In this document: one piece after another, positions 40,202 through 50,374 of the stretch
How the letters are laid out: every line of letters begins with the position of its first letter
How positions within the stretch are numbered: the stretch's first letter is position 1
Source of the DNA: an uncultured Actinomycetes bacterium
GTDB taxonomy: Bacteria; Actinomycetota; Thermoleophilia; Solirubrobacterales; Solirubrobacteraceae
Assembly: GCA_963826615.1 (NCBI GenBank)
Contig: CAWGXO010000002.1
Location: 2,506,649 to 2,570,648 of the forward strand
DNA length: 64,000 nucleotides
Direction of reading: 5' to 3'
Made by a program: the position numbers and the translations under genes
Notes under the pieces: generated by a model
The model's database searches: none
Told to the model about the DNA's origin: nothing
The model's input: only the letters and a program-made list of their open reading frames with translations

Positions 40202-41266
40202 TCACCGCCGCGCGATCCCGAGCGCCTCGAGGCGATCCCACAGCGGCGCGTTCTGGCGGAACGCGGGCTGCTCGAGCGCCCAGCGGCGCAGCTCGGCGTC
40301 GGGACGGGCGCGGGCGCCGGCCTGCTCACGGAGCGCGGTGACGAAGCCGTCGGCGTCGGCGACGAACGTCACTGCCCGCTCCCAGGTGCGCGACCCCGGT
40401 AGGTCGAGCGACACGGTGCGCCGCCCGAGGCGCGCGTACTTGAGGATCCGGTACGGGAGCGCGGCCTCGTTGAACGGCTCGGCCTTGAAGGGGACGATGC
40501 CCACGTCGGCGCAGAGGATCAGGCGGGCGGCCTCGTCGTCGCTGCGCCGGCCGAGCCACAGGGCGTTGGGCGCAGCGCGCAGCGCGCGGAAGTCCTCGTC
40601 GCCGCCGCTCTCGTCCTCGTGCCAGGCGCCGACGAGCAGCAGGACGAGCTCGGGCATCCGTTCGCAGACCTCGCGCAGCAGCCGCCAGTCGGTGCGCCAG
40701 CCCAGGTGCCCGAGCGACACTGCGACGACGGATGCCGCCGGGTCCGGCGCCGGGAAGGAGTCGGCGGCCAGCGGGACGAGCACCGCGTCGCGGCCGGCCT
40801 CGCGCTCGAGCCGGGCCAGCTCGTCGGAGACGACGAAGGTCAGCGCGGCGCGGCTCGCCGCGAGCTCGTGCAGCTCGGCGAGCCGCGCGCGCAGCGCGGG
40901 CCCGGCGTCGTAGGCCTCCTCGTAGCGGTCCCAGCGGCCGTACCAGAGCTCGGCGCCCGCGTTGCGAGCGACCAGGGCGCGGGCGAGCGGGTACTGGAGC
41001 GGGTGGAAGATGACGACCACGCGCGGCGTGCCGGACAGGCCGCGGCTCAGCCTGCGCGCCTGCGTGATCGCGATCGCGTCGCCGACCGCGGCGGGCAGCC
41101 TGCCGAACGCCCCGTAGGGCAGGCGCGCGGGCTCGACCGCGACGACGTTGGGCGCGCGGAGCAGGTCGCGCGCCTGGTCGGCGAGGATGAACTCCTCGAG
41201 CGTGCGGGGGAGCAGCAGGACGCAGAGGGGCGCATCGGCCACGCCGGGGACCCTAGTCCCGGCCAC
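40202..41266 (-). CDS. GT-B-type glycosyltransferase (TuaH-like)
   Basis: VVVIFHPLQYPLARAL...VAVSLGHLGWRTDWRLL...LLLVG...VGIVPFKAEPFNEAALPYRILKYARLGRRTV. Confidence 0.55.
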   Translation of the reverse strand: MAGTRVPGVADAPLCVLLLPRTLEEFILADQARDLLRAPNVVAVEPARLPYGAFGRLPAAVGDAIAITQARRLSRGLSGTPRVVVIFHPLQYPLARALVARNAGAELWYGRWDRYEEAYDAGPALRARLAELHELAASRAALTFVVSDELARLEREAGRDAVLVPLAADSFPAPDPAASVVAVSLGHLGWRTDWRLLREVCERMPELVLLLVGAWHEDESGGDEDFRALRAAPNALWLGRRSDDEAARLILCADVGIVPFKAEPFNEAALPYRILKYARLGRRTVSLDLPGSRTWERAVTFVADADGFVTALREQAGARARPDAELRRWALEQPAFRQNAPLWDRLEALGIARR

Positions 41267-41289
41267 GGCGGCCGGTAGCGTCCGGCGGC

Positions 41290-42738
41290 GTGGGGTCCCT
41301 GCTTCAGCGCCTGGTCGCGTCGGGCGCCGCCTACCAGGCCTCGAGCATGCTGGCCAGCGCGATCGCGGTCGTCACGCTGCCGCTCTACACGCGCCACGTG
41401 CCGCCGGCCGGCTACGGCTATGCGGAGACGATCCTCGTCGCGGTCATCCTCGCCTCGATCGTGCTGCGCTTCGGGCTCGGCGACGCCATCGTCCGCTGGT
41501 GGTTCGACGATGCCGACCCCGCGCGCCGCACGCGCCTGGCACGGTCGGTCACCGGCCTCGTGCTGCTCGCCTCGACGTTGGCCGGAGTGCTGGCCGGCGC
41601 GTTCGCCGGACCCCTGTCGCAGCTGCTGCTCGGCACCCGCGACGCGACCCTGTTCGGCCTCGGCGTCCTCGGGATGTGGGCCTTCACGAACCTCGAGGTC
41701 GCCTACGCGCTGCTGCGCGCAGACGAGCGGCGCCGGACGTACCTGACGGCGTCGGTGGTCAACGTGCTGCTCACCGTCGCGCTCACGGTCGGCCTGGTGG
41801 TCGGCGCGGGGCTGGGGGCGCGTGGGCTCGTGCTCGGCAACTACGGGGCGTCGGCGCTGGTCCTCGCCGGCCTCTGGGCCGTGCCACCGCGGCGGCTCGG
41901 CCGGCCCCGCCGCGGCGACCTCGAGCCGCTGCTGCGCTTCGGGCTGCCGACCGTGCCCGCGGACGCCAGCGTGTTCGCGCTCAACGTGGTCGACCGGACG
42001 TGGCTGCTGCACGCGGCGAGCGCGCGCGCCGCTGGCCTGTTCGCGGTCGCGGTGAAGCTGGCGACCGTCGTGATCGTCGCGGTGCGCGGCTTCCAGGCGG
42101 CGTGGCCGCCGCTGGCGTACTCGATCGCCGACGACGACGAGGCACGGCGGTTCTACGCGCTCGTCACCAGCGCGTACGTGGCGGTGACGGGGGCAGTGGT
42201 GGTCGGGCTCACGCTGCTGGGGCGCTGGGCGGTGCGGCTGCTGGCCGCGCCGGGCTTCTACGGCGCGCACCGCGCCCTGCCGTGGCTGGCGCTCGGCTGG
42301 GCGCTCTATGGCCTGTTCCTCGTCTTCGTGGTGATCGCCGGGCGGGCACGGGTGACGACCCGCAACTTCCCGGCCGCCCTCGCGGGCCTTGCGACCAACG
42401 TCGTCGTGCTGGCGCTGCTGATCGGCCCGCTCGGCATCGCCGGCGCAGGCATCGCCCTCTGCGCGGCCTATCTCGTGATGCTCGTCGCCATCCACCTGCT
42501 CACGCGCGGGCTGTTCGCGGTGCCGTTCGAGTGGTGGCGGCTGGTGCGGATGGTCGGCGTGATGGTCGCGCTGGCAGTGCCCGGCGAGCTGCTGCTGCCG
42601 ACCGCGGGCTGGAGCGGCTTCGCGTCGCGCGCGCTCGCGCTCGCAGCACTGGCGCCGGCGCTGCTGACGGCCGGCGCCGTGCGCGCCGGCGAGCTCGCCG
42701 CCCTGCGCCGCGCGCTCATCCCGCGTGCTCGCGGTTGA
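41290..42738 (+). CDS. Wzx-like polysaccharide flippase (MOP superfamily)
   Basis: About 12-14 TM helices, with the N-terminus GAAYQASSMLASAIAVVTLPLYTRHVPPAGYGYAET typical of polysaccharide biosynthesis proteins. Confidence 0.7.
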   Translation: MGSLLQRLVASGAAYQASSMLASAIAVVTLPLYTRHVPPAGYGYAETILVAVILASIVLRFGLGDAIVRWWFDDADPARRTRLARSVTGLVLLASTLAGVLAGAFAGPLSQLLLGTRDATLFGLGVLGMWAFTNLEVAYALLRADERRRTYLTASVVNVLLTVALTVGLVVGAGLGARGLVLGNYGASALVLAGLWAVPPRRLGRPRRGDLEPLLRFGLPTVPADASVFALNVVDRTWLLHAASARAAGLFAVAVKLATVVIVAVRGFQAAWPPLAYSIADDDEARRFYALVTSAYVAVTGAVVVGLTLLGRWAVRLLAAPGFYGAHRALPWLALGWALYGLFLVFVVIAGRARVTTRNFPAALAGLATNVVVLALLIGPLGIAGAGIALCAAYLVMLVAIHLLTRGLFAVPFEWWRLVRMVGVMVALAVPGELLLPTAGWSGFASRALALAALAPALLTAGAVRAGELAALRRALIPRARG

Positions 42739-43657
42739 ACGCGTCGGCGGCCTCGCGCAGCCCCTCGCCGGCGCCCGGCCGCAGCGTGGCCGTCACGTGG
42801 CGCCAGTAGCGGCGTGGATCGTGACCGGGCAGGACGAGCGCGGCGGCCGCGCGCTCGGCGTAGGCCAGCGCGGTCAGCCAGCGCACGAGCGCGGCGCTCG
42901 TCGCCGAGTGGTGCTTGCGCATGTAGCGATCGCGGTTGCGCGAGAACTCGACGATCCGGCGCTCGGGCACCGTGCCGGTGGAGAGCTGCTCGTGGTGGAT
43001 CGCGACCGCCGCCGGGACGAGCAGCGTCGTCCAGCCGGCGCCGCGCAGGCGCCTGCAGAGGTCGACCTCGTCGGAGTAGACGAAGAACGACTCGTCGAGC
43101 CAGCCGACCTCCTCGGCGGCCGCACGGCGCAGCATCAGCGCCGCCGACTGCGCCCAGTCGACGTGCTGCGTCGCCTCGCCGCGGCCCTGGACGACCAGCC
43201 GGCCGCCGAGCCCGAGCGCGCTCGCCAGCGCGGTGGCGGGGGAGGGGAAGCGCCAGGCCGACGGCTGGGCGGCGCCGTCGGGCCGCCGCAGTCGCGCCCC
43301 CGCCGCGCCGGCCGCGGGATCAGCCTCGAGCGCTCCGTGGAGCGCCGCGCTCGCCCCGGGCAGCAGCTCGGCATCCTCGTTGAGCAGCAGCGCGTGGCGG
43401 CCCGCCGCACGCTGGAGCAGGGTGCTGTCGTTCGCGGCCTTGCCGCGCCGCTCGGCGAGCGCGATCACCTCGTCGGCGGCCGGGTGGGCGCGGGCGGCCG
43501 CGGCCGACCCGTCGCGCGAGGCGTTGTCGAGGACGAGCACCTCGGTGCTGAACGGCAGGGCCGCCCGCTCGCGCGCGATCGCGTCGAGGCAGCGCCCGAG
43601 CAGCTCGCGCCCCTCGGTGTTGACGACGCAGTAGGTCAGCTCGACGGCCACCGCCAC
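42716..43657 (-). CDS. Family 2 glycosyltransferase
   Basis: LTYCVVNTEGRELLGRCLDAI...VLVLDNASRDGS...LLLNEDAEL...FVYSDEVDLCRR. Confidence 0.8.
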   Translation of the reverse strand: MAVAVELTYCVVNTEGRELLGRCLDAIARERAALPFSTEVLVLDNASRDGSAAAARAHPAADEVIALAERRGKAANDSTLLQRAAGRHALLLNEDAELLPGASAALHGALEADPAAGAAGARLRRPDGAAQPSAWRFPSPATALASALGLGGRLVVQGRGEATQHVDWAQSAALMLRRAAAEEVGWLDESFFVYSDEVDLCRRLRGAGWTTLLVPAAVAIHHEQLSTGTVPERRIVEFSRNRDRYMRKHHSATSAALVRWLTALAYAERAAAALVLPGHDPRRYWRHVTATLRPGAGEGLREAADAFNREHAG

Positions 43658-43717
43658 ATCATCGCGGCGTCCCCGGCCTCACGCCGCCTTCCGCGCGAGC
43701 CGCCTAGGCTCGCTGCC

Positions 43718-44767
43718 CTGCGCGTCCACGTCGTCGACCCATCGGCCTACACGCCGCCCTACGACCACGCCCTCTGCGCGGCGCTGGCTCGTCGCGGGGT
43801 GTCGGTGACGCTCGTCACCAGCCGCTTCACCCACGGGACGGCGCCCGCGCCCGAGGGCTACGAGCGCGTCGAGCGCTTCTACCCGCTCCAGCCGGGCGGG
43901 CCGCTGCGGGTGCCCGTCAAGCTGGCCCAGCACGTGCCCGGGATGCTCGCCGAGCGCCGCGCGGCCGCTCGCGGGGCCGACCTGGTCCACCTCCAGTGGC
44001 TGGCGGTCCAGCACCTCGACGCCCACCTTCTCCCGCGCCGGCCCCGGGTGCTCACCGCCCACGACGTGCTGCCGCGCCAGCCGCGGCCCGGCCAGCGGGC
44101 CGCGCAGCGGCGGCTGTACGAGCGGATGGACGCCGTCGTCGTCCACACCGAGCACGGCCGCCGCCGGCTCGTCGAGGAGCTCGGCGTGGCCGCAGCGCGC
44201 GTCCACGTGATCCCCCACGGCGCGTTCGAGCACCTGACGGGGCTGGCCGGGGAGCTTCCGCCCGAGCTGCCCGACCCCGGCGAGCGGCCGGTGGCGCTCT
44301 TCTACGGCCTGCTGCGCCCCTACAAGGGCGTCGACGTGCTGCTGGATGCCTGGCGCGGGATCGAGGACGCCGAGCTGTGGGTCGTCGGTCAGCCGCGGAT
44401 GCGGATCGACGCGCTGCGGGCCGCGGCCCCGCCCGGCGTGCGCTGGGTGCCCCGCTTCGTCTCCGACGCCGAGACGGCGGCGCTGTTCCGCCGCGCCGAC
44501 CTCGTCGTGCTGCCCTATCGCGAGGCCGAGGCCTCGGGCGTCCTCCACACGGCCGTCGCCTTCGAGCGCCCGATCGTGCTCAGCGCGGTCGGGGGCTTCA
44601 CCGAGGTCGAGGGGGCTCGCCTCGTGCCTCCGGGGGATCCGCGGGCGCTGCGCGACGCGCTGCGCGGCGCGCTCGCCTCACCGCCCCCGCCGACCGACCC
44701 CGCGCCCTACCGCTGGGACGACGTCGCGCGCCGTCACGTCGAGCTCTACGAGACACTCGCAGGGTGA
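43718..44767 (+). CDS. Family 4 (GT-B) glycosyltransferase; apparent CTG start
   Basis: LRVHVVDPSAYTPPYDHALCAAL...VLTAHDV...VVVHTEHGRRRL...FYGLLRPYKGVDVLL...VVLPYREAEASGVLHTAVAFERPIV. No ATG, GTG or TTG is available upstream in frame. Confidence 0.75.
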   Translation: MRVHVVDPSAYTPPYDHALCAALARRGVSVTLVTSRFTHGTAPAPEGYERVERFYPLQPGGPLRVPVKLAQHVPGMLAERRAAARGADLVHLQWLAVQHLDAHLLPRRPRVLTAHDVLPRQPRPGQRAAQRRLYERMDAVVVHTEHGRRRLVEELGVAAARVHVIPHGAFEHLTGLAGELPPELPDPGERPVALFYGLLRPYKGVDVLLDAWRGIEDAELWVVGQPRMRIDALRAAAPPGVRWVPRFVSDAETAALFRRADLVVLPYREAEASGVLHTAVAFERPIVLSAVGGFTEVEGARLVPPGDPRALRDALRGALASPPPPTDPAPYRWDDVARRHVELYETLAG

Positions 44768-45892
44768 CCGAGGCGCTGTTCTGGCTGTGTGCGGGGCTGC
44801 TCGTCTACACGCAGGCGGGCTACGCGCTGCTGCTCGCCGCGCTCGCGGCCGCCGCTCCCCGCCGGCCCGCCGGAGGCGCCGCCTCCGCGCCGCCTCCGCG
44901 CGTCTCGCTGATCGTCGCCGCGCACGCGGAGGAGGCGGTGATCGCCGCCAAGGTCGCCAACGCGCTGGCGCTCGACTACCCGCGCGAGCGCCTCGAGGTG
45001 ATCGTCGCCTGCGACGGCTCGCCCGACGCCACGGCGCGGCTCGCCCGCGAGGCCGGCGCCGACCTCGTCCTCGAGCTCCCGCGCGGGGGCAAGATCCGCG
45101 CCCAGGACGCCGCGGTCGAGCGGGCCGCCGGCGAGATCGTGGCGTTCTCCGACGCCAACGCGATGTGGGAGCCGCGGCGCGCTGCGCCGAGCTCGTCGCG
45201 CCGTTCGCCGACCGATGCGGTCGGCTACGCCTGCGGCCAGGTGCGCTTCGTCAACGACGCCGGGACCAACCAGGAGGGCCTCTACTGGCGCTACGAGATG
45301 GCGCTGCGCGCGCTCGAGTCGCGCCTGGCGTCGGTCACCGCCGGCAACGGCGCGATCTACGCCACGCGGCGCGCGGACTACCTCGTGGTCGATCCGATCA
45401 TGGGCCACGACCTGAGCTTCCCGTTCAACATGGTCAAGCGCGGCCGGCGGGCGGTCTACGCCCCCGCCGCGCGGGCGACCGAGAAGATGGTCCCCACGAT
45501 CGAGGGGGAGTTCGCGCGCAAGCGGCGGATGATGAGCCACGCCTGGCCGATCGTCCTGCGCGGCGGGCTGCTGTCCCCGCGCGGCTACCCGGCGCTCTAC
45601 GCGCTGATGATCCTCAGCCACCGCGGCGCTGCGCTACGCGGCGCCGTTCCTGCACGTCGGGGCGCTCGCGCTGAACGCCGCCCTGCTCGGCGACGGCTGG
45701 GTCTATGCGGCGACGTTCGCGGTCCAGCTCGCGGTGCTCGCGGCGGCGCTCGCCGCGCCGCTCGTCGGCGGCCGTGCCGTGCTCGTCGCCCGCTACTACG
45801 TGCTCACCAACGCGTCGATCGCCGCCGGCCTCGTCGACTGGCTGCGGCACGGGACCGCCGCCGGCTGGGACCCCGCGGAGGGGACGCGATGA
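44764..45892 (+). pseudogene. Membrane GT2 glycosyltransferase, broken by four single-base insertions
   Basis: VSLIVAAHAEEAVIAAKV...VIVACDGSPD...VAFSDANAMWEP. Removing C at ~45185, ~45198 and ~45223 restores GALRELVAPFADDAVGYACGQVRF. Removing G at ~45625 restores LSHRALRYAAPFLHVGALALNAAL...YYVLTNASIAAGLVDWL, with the stop at 45890-45892. Length is 3n+1. Confidence 0.75.
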
Positions 45893-46486
45893 CGCGCCGC
45901 GCGTTCGACGTCGTCGTTGCCGGCGCGGCGCTCGTCGCTCAGCGCTCCGGTGCTCGCCGTCGCGATGGTGCTGATCCGGCTCGAGTCGCGCGGCCACGCG
46001 ATCTACCGCCAGCGCCGGGTGGGGCGCGACGGGCGGGCGTTCGACGTGCTCAAGCTGCGGACCATGGTCAGCGGCGCGGAGGCGATCGGCGCGGGGATGG
46101 CGGTCAACGAGGGCGACGCGCGGATCACGCGGGTCGGCGCCGTGCTGCGCCGTCTCTCGATCGACGAGATCCCCAACCTGGTCAACGTGCTGCGCGGGGA
46201 GATGGCGATCGTCGGCCCTCGCCCCACGATCCCGGTGCAGGTCGCCCAGTACACCGAGCGCCAGCGCGGCCGTCTCGTGGTGCGCCCGGGCATCACCGGG
46301 TGGGCACAGGTCAACGGCCGCGCCTCGCTGCCCTGGAGCGACCGCATCGAGCTCGACCTCTGGTATGTCGAGCACCGCTCCTGGCGGCTGGACGCGCGGA
46401 TCCTGTGGCTCACCGCCCGGATGCTCGTGACCGGCCACGGCCTCTACAAGGGCGAGAGCGGCGGCTGGAAGGATCCCGGGTCATGA
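45889..46486 (+). pseudogene. Bacterial sugar transferase (PglC/WcaJ-type priming phosphoglycosyl transferase), with one extra base near 45937
   Basis: MTRRAFDVVVAGAALV, then the shifted frame reads LSAPVLAVAMVLIRLESRGHAIYRQRRVGRDGRAFDVLKLRTM...RLSIDEIPNLVNVLRGEMAIVGPRP...RPGITGWAQVNGR. It has an ATGA overlap with the upstream gene. Confidence 0.85.
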
Positions 46487-47478
46487 TCGACCCCGCCGTC
46501 CTCCTCACCGGCGTCGGCAAGCGCTACGACATCGTCAGCGTCTTCGCCCGCCACGGCCGGGTCGTGGCGGCCGATCCGAACCCGCTCGCGCCGGCGCAGT
46601 ACGCGGCGACCCACCGCTACGCGCCGCCGCGCATCGACGACCCCGGCTACGTCGGCTTCCTCGCCGAGCTCTGCGAGCGCCACGGCGTGGGCGCCGTGGT
46701 GCCGCTCACCGATCTCGACATCGAGGTCCTCGCCGAGGCGCGCGCCGCGGGCGAGCTGCCCGCGCTCGTGCCCGACCCGGAGGTCGCCCGCGCCACCTAC
46801 GACAAGTACGAGACCCACCTGCTGCTCGAACGCCACGGGCTGCCCAGCCCGCCGACGGTGCTGCCCGGGACCCGGCCGCCGGCCTACCCGGTGATGGTCA
46901 AGCCGCGGCGCGGCTCGGGCGCGCGCTCGATCCACGCGGCGCGCGACGCGCGCGAGGCGGAGTTCTTCGCCGGCTACGTCGACGAGCCCGTGATGGTCCA
47001 GCGGCTGATGGACGGCCCAGAGTTCTCGATCGACTGCCTGGGCGACCCCGACGGGCGTTGCCTGAACGCCATCCCGCGCACGATGATCGAGTCTCGCGGC
47101 GGGGAGTCGATCAAGGGCACCGTGATCGACGACGCCGAGCTGATCGAGCTCGGCCGCCGCGTGATGGAGGCGCTCGGCGTGCGCGGCCCGTGCACGGTCC
47201 AGGCGTTCCGCGACCGCGAGATCGGGCTCGGCATCACCGACGTCAACACCCGCTTCGGCGGCGCGTTCCCGGCGCCGATCTACGCAGCGCCGCAGGGCCG
47301 CAGCTACCCCGAGCTGATCGTGCGGATGGCGGCGGGAGAGCGGCTCGAGCCGCACGTCGGCGAGTTCCGCGCCGGGACGACCTTCACCCGCTACTTCTGG
47401 CAGCTCGAGCTCGACGAGCAGCTGCGCCCCACCGGTCGCGACATCGTCAGCCCGCCGGGGCCGCCGCCCCCCCGGTGA
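46483..47478 (+). CDS. ATP-grasp domain protein
   Basis: KYETHLLLERHGLPSP...YPVMVKPRRGSGARSI...VMVQRLMDGPEFSIDCL...VTDVNTRFGG. It has an ATGA overlap with the sugar transferase. Confidence 0.75.
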   Translation: MIDPAVLLTGVGKRYDIVSVFARHGRVVAADPNPLAPAQYAATHRYAPPRIDDPGYVGFLAELCERHGVGAVVPLTDLDIEVLAEARAAGELPALVPDPEVARATYDKYETHLLLERHGLPSPPTVLPGTRPPAYPVMVKPRRGSGARSIHAARDAREAEFFAGYVDEPVMVQRLMDGPEFSIDCLGDPDGRCLNAIPRTMIESRGGESIKGTVIDDAELIELGRRVMEALGVRGPCTVQAFRDREIGLGITDVNTRFGGAFPAPIYAAPQGRSYPELIVRMAAGERLEPHVGEFRAGTTFTRYFWQLELDEQLRPTGRDIVSPPGPPPPR

Positions 47479-49145
47479 CGTCGACGGCGTGCCGGACCGC
47501 CCGCACGTAGACGTCGGGAGCGGTTGCAGCCTGCGTCCGGCTGTCCCCGCCGTAGCGCAGGCGCAACCGGTAGAGGCCCGGCCGGCTGAGGCGGACGTGT
47601 CGCTTGAAGCGGCCGAAGCGCGTGTGCACGGAGACGTGCGCGACGCGGGCCAGTCGCCCGCCGGTCGCCCGGCGTGAGATCTCGAGCGTCAGCAGGCGGC
47701 GGTGGGGGCCGATCGTGCCGGTCAGCTCGACCGAGCTGCCAGCGAGCACGCGCCGGGGCGCCGAGGCCGTCAGCGACGGCGTGACGGTGAGCTGGATCGG
47801 GTTCGAGGTGGCGCCGCCGTGCCCGTTGGGCAGGACCTGGAGCGCCCGCGTCAGGTGGCCGCCGGTGAAGGGCACCGACGCAGACCAGACGCCGTCCGGC
47901 GCGACCTCCGTCCGCGCGACCGTGACCCAGCGGGTCCGGCCCTTGACCTGGACCGAGATGCGCCCCTCGCCACGGAGGACGCCCGAGAGCTGCGCGGGCT
48001 GCGGGTAGGTGAGGCTGTCGGAGACGGCACCGATCGTGACCGGGTCGGGCGCGGCCGGGACGATCGACGGCGCGCGGGCGGCGGTCAGCTGGCGCAGCCG
48101 CGGCAGCTGCGCGTACAGCGCCGCGCCGGGGCACTCGGTCAGGCCCCCGTCGCGATGGCCCGAGATGCGCTGGAAGGTGACGCGCTGTCCCGCCGGGTAG
48201 CGGTTGAGTGACCCTCCGCCCGAGGTCAGCGTCACCGTCCCGGTGACCGGGACGCCGTGGAGCGGCAGCTTCCAGGCCAGGAGGTTGGCCATCGCCTGCA
48301 TCGCGGCCTCGGACGGTCGGCACGTCGGAGTAGGTCCCGAGGTTCGAGACGCTCGTCGACTGGCTGTTCCAGCCCTGCGCCTGGGCGCCCACGACGGGCA
48401 TGTCGATCCCGCCCGCACGGCCCTCGAAGAGCCGGCCGTACTTGTCGACGAGGAAGTTGTAGCCGATGTCGTTCCAGCCGTTGCTGTTGCGGTGATAGCG
48501 GCAGATGGCGAGGACGATCGCGGCGGAGTCCTGGGGGCCGTAGTCGTTCGCTCCGACCGTGTGGTGCACGAGCGCCATCTGGACCGAGCCGTACGCGGGC
48601 GCGGCGCGCGGTGGGCACTGGTTCCTCGGGTCCCACTGGCTGCGCGGGACGATCGGGGGCGGGCCGCCGGCCTGGGCGGCCCGCGCGCGCCGCGGCGGCC
48701 GCGGCCGGTGCGTGATCCGCACGAAGTGCAGGCGCAGACCGTGCGCCGCACCGCGCCAGGAGAGCCTCAGGGCGTCGGCCCCGCCCGCCCAGGCCGGGTC
48801 GGTGCCGCGGGTCGCCCGCGCGCCGTCGGGACCGTGGTCCTCGGCGGCGGCGAGGTCGACCCACGGGCGCCAGCGGCCGTCGACGCGGACGCGGACGCGG
48901 ACGTCGCGAGGGGCATGCGTGCCTCGCCAGCGCAGCCCCAGCAGGTCGAAGCGGCGCCCCGGGCGGAGGACCCCCGTGGTGACCCGCCCACCGGCCGAGG
49001 CGGCCCTGGCGCCGTCCGGGGCGCGGACGGCGACGCTGAACTCGGAGATCCGGGGACCGGCGGGGGACCCGGCCACCGCGGGGGCGGGAAGCACGAGCGC
49101 GGCCAGCGCGAGGCCGGCAGCTGCGATCGGGAAGCGCATCGCCAT
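47447..49145 (-). pseudogene. Secreted N-acetylmuramoyl-L-alanine amidase (PGRP/Amidase_2) with Ig-like C-terminal repeats, with one extra base near 48314
   Basis: Signal peptide MAMRFPIAAAGLALAALVLPAPAVAG, then ALVHHTVGANDY...ICRYHRNSNGWNDIGYNFLVDKYGRLFEGRAGG...SNLGTYSDVPT. The shifted frame then reads SEAAMQAMANLLAWKLPLHGV...ISGHRDGGLTECPG. Length is 3n+1. Confidence 0.8.
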
Positions 49146-49213
49146 CACCAACACCCACTCCCTTCGACCGATGCGGCGCCGGGCCTGAGCCTGCATGGCG
49201 GATTGCGCGCCGC

Positions 49214-49864
49214 TCAGCTCGTCGGCGGGAACGTCTCGGGGCCGCGGTCCACCCAGCGCACGCGGAAGTCCCGGATCGCGTCGAGTGTCCGGGAGCTCCA
49301 GGCGGGGCAGCCGAGCAGGTGCCCCCACGCCGTCGCGGCGACCGCGTACGGCATCCGGGTGCCGTTCTCGACCAGCAGCGTCTTGTAGCCGGAGACGCCG
49401 TCGAGCCGCTCCGCGACAACCGTCTCCAGCCGGCGCACGACGGCCGGCTGCGACCCGGGCCGGTACTGCACGATCACGCGGCCGTGCTCGAGCGCGTGCA
49501 CCTGGCGCTCCTCGCTCGGGGCCCGGCCGGCCGGGTAGATGCCGTCGAGCGCCGGCACCGGGAAGTGGCGCCCCGAGGTCGGCGGGTTGCTGCGGTAGCG
49601 GACCGGATCGGTCGTGTGGCCGCGACCCTCCGACCGGGGCGCGCGCAGCACGCATCCTGCGGTCCGGGCCGCCCGGGCGAGATCGTGCTCGCGCCACGGC
49701 GGCACGGCGGCGGGACGGACGTCGCGGGCGGCCAGCGGCCCGTCGCCGCGCGCCCTGCCCGAGCCGGTCAGCGCCACGACCACCCCGACGACGACGCCCA
49801 CCACGAGCAGCGCCGCCAGGCCGGCCTGGAGCTGGCGCGCGCGCGTCGGAGGCGGCGGGGCCAT
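49214..49864 (-). CDS. DUF3105-like membrane-anchored protein
   Basis: A TM helix (LAALLVVGVVVGVVVAL), then PPTSGRHFPVPALDGIY...VHALEHGRVIVQYRPG...AVAATAWGHLLGC. Confidence 0.65.
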   Translation of the reverse strand: MAPPPPTRARQLQAGLAALLVVGVVVGVVVALTGSGRARGDGPLAARDVRPAAVPPWREHDLARAARTAGCVLRAPRSEGRGHTTDPVRYRSNPPTSGRHFPVPALDGIYPAGRAPSEERQVHALEHGRVIVQYRPGSQPAVVRRLETVVAERLDGVSGYKTLLVENGTRMPYAVAATAWGHLLGCPAWSSRTLDAIRDFRVRWVDRGPETFPPTS

Positions 49865-49889
49865 CGTCAGGCCAGCGTAGTGCGGCCCG

Positions 49890-50225
49890 TCACCCGGCTC
49901 GCGTCGGCGGCGCGAGGGCCACGTAGGCCACGAGCAGCGCGAGCGCGGCCGCCCCGGCGCCTCCTGCCGCGCCCGCGGCGCTCCATCCGGTCTTGCCGGC
50001 GGCGAGCACGAGGGGAAGGACGACCAGCGCGACCACGGCGCGGTCGGCGAGGGCCGAGCGCCGGAGCGCGTCGAGCCGCGCGGGAGCACCCGCCCGGAGC
50101 GGCCGCGGCCGTGCGGGCGTGTGCTCGAGCATCCCGCCGCAGCGGGGGCAGACCGGGTCCAGGACCGTGGAGTGCTCGGCGGGGCGCGAGTACTCGCAGA
50201 GCAGGCAGGCATGCCGGGCCGTCAT
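49890..50225 (-). CDS. Small zinc-ribbon protein with a C-terminal TM region
   Basis: MTARHACLLCEYSRPAEHSTVLDPVCPRCGGML (a CxxC...CxxC pattern), then two hydrophobic helices. Confidence 0.45.
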   Translation of the reverse strand: MTARHACLLCEYSRPAEHSTVLDPVCPRCGGMLEHTPARPRPLRAGAPARLDALRRSALADRAVVALVVLPLVLAAGKTGWSAAGAAGGAGAAALALLVAYVALAPPTRAG

Positions 50226-50374
50226 GCCCCCTTGATCGGCACCGGCCTCGGCGGGCGGGGTTCGCCTGGACGAATGGTCGGCCGCCCGTGCGCTCTCGGT
50301 GCTCAACCTGGGGAGCAGGCTGCCGACCACCGGCAGAGGTGGCCATCCAGCGGCGCGACAGCTCTGGTGCATTC

